A program made the position numbers and the translations under genes. 64,000 nucleotides of DNA from a virus. Location of the stretch: IMG/VR virus record IMGVR_UViG_3300031539_000004, positions 32,001-96,000 of that record. One strand, written 5' to 3'. The notes beneath the pieces are model-generated. The model made no database searches. It worked only from the letters and a program-made list of their open reading frames with translations, and had not been told where the DNA came from. Shown piece by piece: positions 54,043 to 61,329 of the stretch (position 1 is its first letter; each line of letters begins with the position of its first letter).

Positions 54043-55029
54043 TCAGCCGACGAGGCCGAGCTTCTTGCGGCAGTCCGGGCCGAGGCCCAGCTCCCTCGAC
54101 TTCTCATCGGTGAGCGTCCGGTTGCAGTGGCCGCAGCGGCCGATCTCCCGACCGTAGAGCGCCATCGCCTCGTCCGCGCCAGCCTCGGCGATGCGCTCGA
54201 GGATCCCGGGGATGTGGCTCCACTCGACCCGAGCCTCGGGCTTCCCGCCGACGATCATCTTCACGAACACCCGCCCGGCCCACCGGCCCTCCTCGGGGCG
54301 GTCGACCCGGTAGAAGACGAGGTCGTTGTGGCCCGAGCTCGGCAGGGCGTAGTGGCCCTCCGGTACCGCCTCAGCGGTCGGCAGGTCCCCTCCACGGGGC
54401 GCAGCGCCCTCGGGGGCCGTGGGGGCCTCTGAGGCCCGCTCCACCCGGTACAGGTCGGTGCCAGCGAACCCGACGACCACCGCCTCGGCGGTCGAGCCGT
54501 CCTTCTTGGCGATCGTGATCGTGTCGCCCCGCTCAGCCTTCGGGCCGGTGACGACCCACTCGTCGCCGTTCTTCGTCCACCGGTACCCCTCGGGGGCGCT
54601 CCGGTCAGGCAGGTAGGTGTGGGCCTTCACCTTCTCGCCGAGCTTCACCTCCGACGTCTTGCCGCTCTTCGCGGTCACGCTCACGGTGTCGCCCGTGCTG
54701 CGGCCCTTGGCGACCACCGCGAAGTCGTCGCCGACCTTCGTCCAGCGGGGGGCCTCGAGGCCGAGCTGGCCTTGGCCGGTGCCGTCGCCCTGCTCGGGCG
54801 GGTCGATCGAGTCGCCGCCGACCCGGTCGTAGATCCGGTCGCGGCGCGTCACGTCGATGCAGGAGCAGAGCCAGCCGCCAGCGTCGGCCCACACCCGGTC
54901 CCACCGGTTCCCGTCGGTCGGGATGTTCTTGCAACCGGGGAGGTGCGTGGTGAGTCCCCACGCCTCGCCGTCGGTCTCGATGATCGGCGCGTCGGCCGTC
55001 AGGTCGTCTGCGTGGGCGATGCTCGCCAT
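54043..55029 (-). CDS. DUF6011-like Zn-finger protein with internal duplicated beta-domain
   Basis: C-terminal YGREIGRCGHCNRTLTDEKSRELGLGPDC; two WTKxGD...GDT...K.G repeats. Confidence 0.75.
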   Translation of the reverse strand: MASIAHADDLTADAPIIETDGEAWGLTTHLPGCKNIPTDGNRWDRVWADAGGWLCSCIDVTRRDRIYDRVGGDSIDPPEQGDGTGQGQLGLEAPRWTKVGDDFAVVAKGRSTGDTVSVTAKSGKTSEVKLGEKVKAHTYLPDRSAPEGYRWTKNGDEWVVTGPKAERGDTITIAKKDGSTAEAVVVGFAGTDLYRVERASEAPTAPEGAAPRGGDLPTAEAVPEGHYALPSSGHNDLVFYRVDRPEEGRWAGRVFVKMIVGGKPEARVEWSHIPGILERIAEAGADEAMALYGREIGRCGHCNRTLTDEKSRELGLGPDCRKKLGLVG

Positions 55030-55735
55030 CTCAGCTCACCCGCCCTTCCAGCTCGCGTTCGGCGCGGCCCTCGGCTTCCATCTCGGCGAGGAAGGCCGGC
55101 GAGTACCCGGCGGTCCGACGCTGGTGAGCGTCGAAGCCTCGGGCGTGCTCATCGCAACAGGCGAAGGTCGTGCCGTCGTCGCGGGTGCGGTCGGTGGTGG
55201 CGTCGTCTTCGCAGCGCCAGCCTTGGCAGGGGGTTCCGTGATTCATCATGCGGACACCGTACCTTCCGTCCGTAGCCGAAGCAACTACAGCGGGGGCGGT
55301 CATCGGCCGTCCTCGAATCGGGCGCAGCAGTCGTCGCTGCAGGTCCACGCCACGATCTCGGTGCCGAACGGCCCGTCGTAGTGGGCGGCGGTGGCGTCGC
55401 ATAGCGTGGCGTCGATGTCGGCGTCGCATCCGGCGCAGCGGTCGCGGTGACGCGACCAGCGGCCCTTGGCGCTCTTGGTGGCGGCCATCACTCGGCCCCG
55501 CCGTCGATCGACTCGGCGAGCGTGGCGACGAACCATCCGGCGTCGTGGTCGGAGGCGACGCCCTCGGCGAAGGTCTTGCCGTCGAGGGTGATGCGCCAGA
55601 CCTCGTGGCCTTCGGCGTCGCGGTACAGGTCGGCGTCGATCCGCCCGTCGGAGGCGTCGATCACGTCGTGCATGCTCGGGGTTGCGGTGAGGTTCATCAT
55701 GGGACGACCCTACCTCCGATGTGTAGCCGAAGCAA

Positions 55736-57382
55736 CTACAGATCGAACAGGCTGGATTGCTCGCCCGGACCGCCGTCGGTGGCGGGGTCCAGCTTGAGCC
55801 GAGGGGTGATCGGCTCGGCGAAGGTCTGCAACCCGAGGAGCGGCTCGAGGACCGCCCGAGCCAACCCCGGCGGGACCGCGTTCCCGATCTGTTCGAACTG
55901 CCTCGACCACGTCCCCTGCACCGGGTAGTCGCGCCGGAAGCTCTGAAGGGCCAGCGCCTGCCACGGCTGGATCCGCATCGCGCCCTCCGACCGGCCAGGG
56001 AAGTCCGGACGTCGCCCGTCGTTCGCGTGGTGGCCGCCGGGCCGGAACACCCTCGGGTCGCACGCCAACGTCGTCGCCGGCCGCTCCTCGGCCCACTCGC
56101 CGCCCTCCGGGGTGTCGGTCGCCTCGGTCGCGTCGATCGTCTCGAGCCGCTCCCGGTCGGCGCGCGGGTCGACGTTCTTCGGGTGCTCCTCGCCGGCCGG
56201 CTGGAACACCATGTCGTCGGCGGCGTGACCGAAAGCGATCGTCGGCGCGGGCTGGTCGCCGGTCCGCACCGCGGCGTTCGCTTGGCGGTCGGAGCGAAGC
56301 TGCCACTGCGACCCGGAGAGCGCGGTGAACGTCGGAGCGGGCTGCTCGGTCGGGTCGATCGTCTGAGCGTCCTCCCGGGTCCCGCCCGGCTTCCAGTCGC
56401 GCCCGGTGTTCAGCATCGCCCCCTCGCCCGGGTCGTCCTCGGCGAGCTCGCCGTCGTCGGGCGGGTACACCTGCCACGACCGGGCCTTCTCGGTGAGAGC
56501 GAACGCCGGCTCATCGATCCCGCGCAGGTCGCGCTCGCGGTACTCGCCGCCGTCGTCGCGGTCGTTCAGCCTCGGGAACCCGACCCTCGAGCCGGGCTCC
56601 GGTTCCCAATCGCCGGCCTCCTGCGCGTCGGCGTACACCTGCCGCGACCCGGAGCCGCCGTCGAGCGGATCCGCCGGGCCGTTGTGGTGGCGCGACATCA
56701 CCGAAGTCGACGGCCTGGTCGTGAGGCCCCAGCCGAGCGCTTCGGCCATCGTCACCCACCGAGCTCGGGACCCGGCCCCCTTCTTCGAATGGGTCGGCTC
56801 CGGGGCCAGCCAGTCCTTCGGGCCGCGCTTCGCCATGAGGATCGCCCGCTCACGGGTCTGCGGGACCCCGTAGTCGGCGGCGTTGAGCACCCCGGTCCAC
56901 ACCGAGTACCCCCAGCCGGCGAGCACGTTCGCCATCGCCTTCCACAGCGGGAGGACCCTCGGGACCTGCTCGCAGGCGATCCACTCGGGCTGCATCAGCC
57001 AGGCCCACCGGAGCGGTTCGAGGACCAGCTTCGACCGGTCGTCGGTCCAGTCGCCCTCGGGATCGACCCACCCGTCGGTGCACGCGGCGATCGCCCGGCG
57101 CAGGTCGCCGATGTCATCGAGGCCCTTCTTGTGGCCGGCCATCGAGAACCCTTGGCATGGCGGCGACCCGATGAGCCCCTCGATCGGGCCGAGGGCGTCG
57201 GCCAGGGCACGGATCTGGTCGTCGGTCACCGCGGCGATGTCGGTGTGCCACGTCCGGTGCCCGGCGGCGTACCGGGTGGCGGCGGCGTTGTCGTCCCACT
57301 CGAGGCCGAGGACGTCGGTGCGGCCCAGCTCGAGGAGGCCCTCATCCCATCCCCCCGGTCCTGCGAACAGGTCGATGATCAC
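55736..57382 (-). CDS. C5 cytosine DNA methyltransferase
   Basis: DLFAGPGG, GSPPCQGFS, CEQV, YGVPQTRER, QIGNAVPP. Confidence 0.95.
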   Translation of the reverse strand: MIIDLFAGPGGWDEGLLELGRTDVLGLEWDDNAAATRYAAGHRTWHTDIAAVTDDQIRALADALGPIEGLIGSPPCQGFSMAGHKKGLDDIGDLRRAIAACTDGWVDPEGDWTDDRSKLVLEPLRWAWLMQPEWIACEQVPRVLPLWKAMANVLAGWGYSVWTGVLNAADYGVPQTRERAILMAKRGPKDWLAPEPTHSKKGAGSRARWVTMAEALGWGLTTRPSTSVMSRHHNGPADPLDGGSGSRQVYADAQEAGDWEPEPGSRVGFPRLNDRDDGGEYRERDLRGIDEPAFALTEKARSWQVYPPDDGELAEDDPGEGAMLNTGRDWKPGGTREDAQTIDPTEQPAPTFTALSGSQWQLRSDRQANAAVRTGDQPAPTIAFGHAADDMVFQPAGEEHPKNVDPRADRERLETIDATEATDTPEGGEWAEERPATTLACDPRVFRPGGHHANDGRRPDFPGRSEGAMRIQPWQALALQSFRRDYPVQGTWSRQFEQIGNAVPPGLARAVLEPLLGLQTFAEPITPRLKLDPATDGGPGEQSSLFDL

Positions 57383-58309
57383 GGGGCCAGGATAGGGAGC
57401 TCATCCCATGTGCGCCCGTCCAGCTCGCGGCCGGCTTCCTTCTTCCCGACCCGGATCACGCCGAGAGGGGAGTACTCGTCGGCCTCGTCGCCGTCGATCG
57501 GTCTCCACTCGCCCCACTGCTTGAACAGGAACGGCACCGACCACTGGACGCAGGCGTCACGGATCCGGCGCGGCCAGTCGGGGTTCATCGGCCGCGCTGA
57601 GGTGCCCGACTCGCCGCCAGCGATGACCCACCCGATCCGGTTGCGCGACCACTCGTACTCCGACTCGGCGCGGGCCTCGTCGGAGATCCGGCGCAGCCAG
57701 GGGCCGAGGTCGACCGCCTCGAGGAGCGGCTCGCAGGACAAGAACCTCACCGGGGCGGGCACCTCGAGCAGCGCCGGGATCCGGGTGTCGGCGCACTCCT
57801 GGTTCTCGACGGTCGTCCCAACCCACGCGTTCGACGGCCACCCGAGCTCGGGCCGATGGTCGTCGCAGGTCATCCCGAGCGGAAGCGAGAACGACGCCCG
57901 GCAGGTCGGGCAGGCGTAGTTGATCCACCGGTCGGGGACCATCCCCAGCACGTTCTCGGGGCGCTTGGTGAGCAGCAGCCAGTCGAGGTTCGGGGTCTCG
58001 GCGATCAGCTCCCACAGCCGTTCCCGATGCTCGGCGAGCTCGGGCCGGTCTTCGAACACGTCGGCCATCGACGCGCAGAACACCCGCTGGCGCACCCCGG
58101 CCTTCGCCGCGGCCCGATCCCACCGCCGAGGGTCGTTCCAGTGCTTGTCGCCGAAGAACTTCCGGTCGGCGTTCTTCCCCCACTCGGTCCCGAACCGGTG
58201 CGCGAGCGTTTCGGCGTAGCAGTGCTGGCACGCCGGCGAGACCCGAGTGCAGCCCCACCACGGGTTGAAATGTGTGGTCAGCCCACTCAATTGCTGTGTT
58301 CTCTCCCAC
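57379..58309 (-). CDS. DUF5131 (gp37-like, radical-SAM-related) protein with +1 frame break after codon 14
   Basis: VGENTAIEWADHTF in one frame joins NPWWGCTRVSPACQHCYA...FCASMADVFE...LLLTKR...FLSCEPLL...GGESG in the next. Confidence 0.9.
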
Positions 58310-58853
58310 GGTTTCCCTCACCTCCATCTGCGGGGCTAGGCGCGAACCTTCCCCGCTCGTCGCGGCGTCGCTCGCGCGGCTGCCGTGCCCGTTCTCGGGC
58401 GTGATGACACTTCGTGCAGACAGCCTCTACGGCTTCGTGGTGCTCTGGCGCGTAGCCGAGGAAGTGGTCGTATTCGTGGCGTCGGTCGGACCCTCGGTGG
58501 TCGCAGTCGCAGCACGCCACCTCGTCAGGATTGGGCAGGACCCCGACGTTGACGAGGTGGTTGACGCGGCCTCGTGCCTGCAGCCGGTCGTCATCTCGGG
58601 CGGTGACATAGCGGCGGCCAGGAGCGGGCGGGTCGCGCCGTTCGTACCGGTCCTTGGCGCGCTGGCGTCGGCACGGCCGGCACAATGCCGCGAGGCCGTC
58701 GGATCGGTTGCGGTCGCTGCCGAAGGCCGAGCGTGGTTGCCAGCCGCATCCCCCGCACCACTTCTCGCCGAGCTCGAGGTGGGATGCGTACTCCTCGTGG
58801 GAACATCCGATCCGGGCGGCGGCGGTCTTCGTTGCGCCATCAGGTGATCCCAT
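58287..58853 (-). CDS. HNH endonuclease
   Basis: KWCGGC..LCRPC Zn motif; CCDC..HEYDHFLGY..VCTKCH. Confidence 0.8.
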   Translation of the reverse strand: MGSPDGATKTAAARIGCSHEEYASHLELGEKWCGGCGWQPRSAFGSDRNRSDGLAALCRPCRRQRAKDRYERRDPPAPGRRYVTARDDDRLQARGRVNHLVNVGVLPNPDEVACCDCDHRGSDRRHEYDHFLGYAPEHHEAVEAVCTKCHHARERARQPRERRRDERGRFAPSPADGGEGNRGREHSN

Positions 58854-59063
58854 GCGGGGACCGTACCTCTGTTTGTCCACTCGATCGTTCCTTGAGGCAG
58901 TCGGGGCAGAGGTCGTCCAGCCCTGGCTTCGGTCGTCGCCATCCGGCCTCGAGGGCGAGGTCGCGGGCGGGGATGCAGCCAAGCGGCGATGACCGGCCGA
59001 AGCGTCGCCCGCACCCGTCGCACTGCGTTTCCCAGCGGCGCATGCCGCTCACCGCCCGACAGC

Positions 59064-59291
59064 TCACGGCATCTGCGTGGTCGGGTCCGTCGCCTTCAGC
59101 CGGGTCCGTTCCTGCTCGGCGGCTCGGCCGGCGTACTCGGCGACGTGGGCGAGGGCGGTGTCGTCGTCGTCGGCGTGGAGCATGAACTCCTGCCGCATGA
59201 TGCGGCGACCGGCGACGGGGCGACCGTCGGGTGAGCGGGCCACGGTGGTGACGTTGACCTCGATGCGGTACCGGGTGGATTCATCAGCCAT
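59064..59291 (-). CDS. Hypothetical protein, leaderless
   Basis: TACGGT-N7-ATG; operator 59302-59318. Confidence 0.6.
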   Translation of the reverse strand: MADESTRYRIEVNVTTVARSPDGRPVAGRRIMRQEFMLHADDDDTALAHVAEYAGRAAEQERTRLKATDPTTQMP

Positions 59292-59338
59292 GCCGGGGAC
59301 CGTAGCCTGCGAGGCTACGCGCATCCAGCATCGGGCCA

Positions 59339-59378
59339 GAACGACGAAAGGCCCCCGAGGCCCGAAGGCCCCGAGGGC
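59339..59378 (-). terminator. Intrinsic terminator
   Basis: GCCCTCGGGGCC-TTCG-GGCCTCGGGGGC 12-bp stem with UUCG loop followed by CTTTCGTCGTT. Confidence 0.8.
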
Positions 59379-61206
59379 GGTCCGTGATGGCGAGGCGGTC
59401 ACGCCGACCGAGATGCGACGCCGGGGGCAACCCAGCTTTGCGAACCCGATCCGGTTGTTCCTCACGTCCGGTGCTCCGCTCGACGCCAGTTGATCAGGCT
59501 GGCGGCGTCGGGCCGCGTGAGTCCCCTGGTGGTTTGTCCGGCACCTCGGCCGGCGTCACCGCCTCGCAGGTTGTGCTCACTCCCCGGCCCCGTCGGCCGC
59601 GGTTCGTAGTCGGTCCCAGCCTTGCGGCGTGCCGACCCGGCCCTTGGTCCTGTCGGGCGTGGTAGTGAGCTGAGTGCCACCGGGGGGAGTTGAACCCCTG
59701 CCCGCCCCTCTCGGGGCGTCCCGGCCTCGGGGGCCGATCCGCTTCCGGCTGCCGTGCCGTGGCGTGAGTGAGTGGTTGCAGCCCATCATCCGCCGGGGCC
59801 GAGCGGTCGCGCTTGGCGACTTCATTCCCGGGTTCGGGCTTCGCTGCTCCGCCACTCGGCGGCGTGGTTCTCGTATCACCTTCTCTCGCTCGTTGGTCGG
59901 TTTCGATTCTGGCGGCGCTGCTCGGCTCGAGGCCTGCTGCTGCTCGTTGCGAAGTCTGCTCCGGGGTTTATCTGAGGAGTCGGAGCGGCCCCCTCCCGGT
60001 CGCGATGCCGGGCCCGTTTGTTGTCGTTTGCCAGAAGGGGGCGGGTCTCCCCCCGACCGCTTCGCCGTATCCGGCTCGTCGGTGCTAGTCCGTGGCGGCG
60101 CTGCCTTGCCCCCGAGGGGGCCGGCGCTGCTCGCCTTGCGATTGCCCAGGGTTCCTCGTGGCAGCGAGGCCGACCGAGGAGCTCCTCGATCGGGCCAGCG
60201 GTTATCTCAGTTTCCCCGGTCGCTTGGTCTGCGATCCGGCACCCTCTCGGGTGGCTGGTCCCTACCTCATGGCCGCCCGTTGTGGGCGGCGCGTCATTGA
60301 GTGGTTCAAGTGATCCGACCCCGTGGCCGCTGCTTCCAGCCGAGGCTGGGTATGCGGTTCGATCGTCGGGCTTGGCCGAGCTGGCTGCCACCAGCTCGAC
60401 GCCTCCGTTTTACCCGCCGGTTACCCGGTTAGTGGGAGCCCCCGGTACTACTGACCGTTCCCGTGGGCTAGAGGTCCATCGCCGTCTGTTGCGCCTCGGC
60501 GAGTCGTTCGACTGGCCGAGGTTGTTGCGAGCTTGCCGGGGTTCGGTGGCTTGCGCCACCCGGTCCCGGCGACCGGTTCGGAGCGTCGTCGGCGTTGGCC
60601 TCTGCTCCTGTTCGGCAGCCTCGTTGTGAGTGTTCGCCCGAGGGGGTTTCCCTCAACCGGCGCAACGCTCCGGGGCTGCCTATGTCGGTTCCAGCTCACC
60701 GCGCTCCTCCCGCTATCCCGGCGCTGACGCTTCAAAGCTTTCATGCTTTCCGGGCTCGGGCGCTTCGGTGAGCTGTCCCGTAATCCTTCACCCCGAGGCT
60801 GCGTTGAGCCGTTCGGATCCCGCTCCGATTCGCCGAGGCTTACGCCTCGAGGTGGCTGATCGACGCTCAAGCGGGCCTCCCGCCGGTTGGCGGTGCTCGT
60901 TCTCGTTGGTTGCTCGGGTGCGCTGTGGGGGTGACTTGGCCTGCTGGCCTGACGCCACCCGCTCCGCTTTGCCTCACTCGCCCTGCCGGGCTCGTCCGTT
61001 AGTCGCTCCGGCGGGAGGCCCGCTTGAGCGTCGATCGTTGCTTTGTTCGCCGTGTCCGGCTGCGGTTGCTCCGCTGCCCGAGGCTTGCCCTCGTAGTCTC
61101 ACCAGTTGGTCCGGTGCCGACCTTGCGCCGCTCGAGCCCTTATGGCTTCGGCCTCTCGGCCTGGCGACTCGCCCCGGGTCTTGTGGGGGCTTCCCGTCTT
61201 GCTTAC
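59340..61206 (-). ncRNA. Candidate large structured non-coding RNA (or RNA precursor), ~1.87 kb
   Basis: Promoter and terminator bracket a region lacking credible ORFs, dense in helices and strand-specific GNRA tetraloops. Confidence 0.7.
59675..59763 (-). ncRNA. Class II tRNA-like module (89 nt) inside the large RNA
   Basis: Acceptor GCCAC/GTGGC, D-loop AGCCGGAA, anticodon arm TCGGC-CCCCGAG-GCCGG, 6-bp variable arm with GAGA loop, T-loop TTCAACT, A73. Confidence 0.6.
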
Positions 61207-61212
61207 GAGGAC

Positions 61213-61306
61213 AACGTAACTTCCCCGCTGTAGCCGAGTCAACTACAAAGAGGGGTTCCGAGGGAACAACGCCCTGACCAGCATCTATGTAGCCGAAGAA
61301 GCTACA
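61213..61306 (-). promoter_or_regulatory. Sigma70-type promoter of the large RNA with two operators
   Basis: TTGACT(61242-61237)-N18-TACGTT(61218-61213); GTAG-N9-CTAC at 61230 and 61289; TGACCAGC motif at 61275. Confidence 0.8.
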
Positions 61307-61329
61307 GCTCGGCGTGGGATCGCCGAGGA

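Larger units (their letters stand above)
2413..61305. promoter_or_regulatory. Dispersed GTAG-N9-CTAC operator-like palindromes (20 exact + 1 near match)
   Basis: GTAG at 4948, 8699, 13448, 14501, 19067, 20488, 24708, 26070, 28901, 32092, 36485, 43150, 48430, 51688, 53067, 55272, 55723, 59302, 61230, 61289; near match 2413. Confidence 0.9.

Noticed and set aside
59675-60031. tmRNA: GCA AAC GAC AAC (ANDN, 60031-60020) followed downstream by a T-arm and acceptor-like end
   Set aside because: The frame runs about 50 codons with no ALAA-type end, there is no GGGGCTG 5' end or G3-U70 alanine determinant, and no CCA
60040-60077. Group II intron domain 5-like GAGCCGGATACG
   Set aside because: The 3' strand of D5 (bulged AY and CCGGUUC pairing) is missing, and there is no GUGYG 5' end or RT/maturase ORF
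60320-60362. SRP RNA helix-8-like GAACCGC...GGAAGCAGC
   Set aside because: Lacks the conserved CAGG strand and GNRA loop
59340-61206. RNase P RNA or rRNA fragment
   Set aside because: No GAGGAAAGUCC or AACCCGGCUUA conserved regions and no recognisable rRNA universal motifs
2413-61305. SOS (LexA) boxes as explanation of the palindromes
   Set aside because: Actinobacterial LexA box is TCGAAC-N4-GTTCGA; the observed motif is GTAG-N9-CTAC
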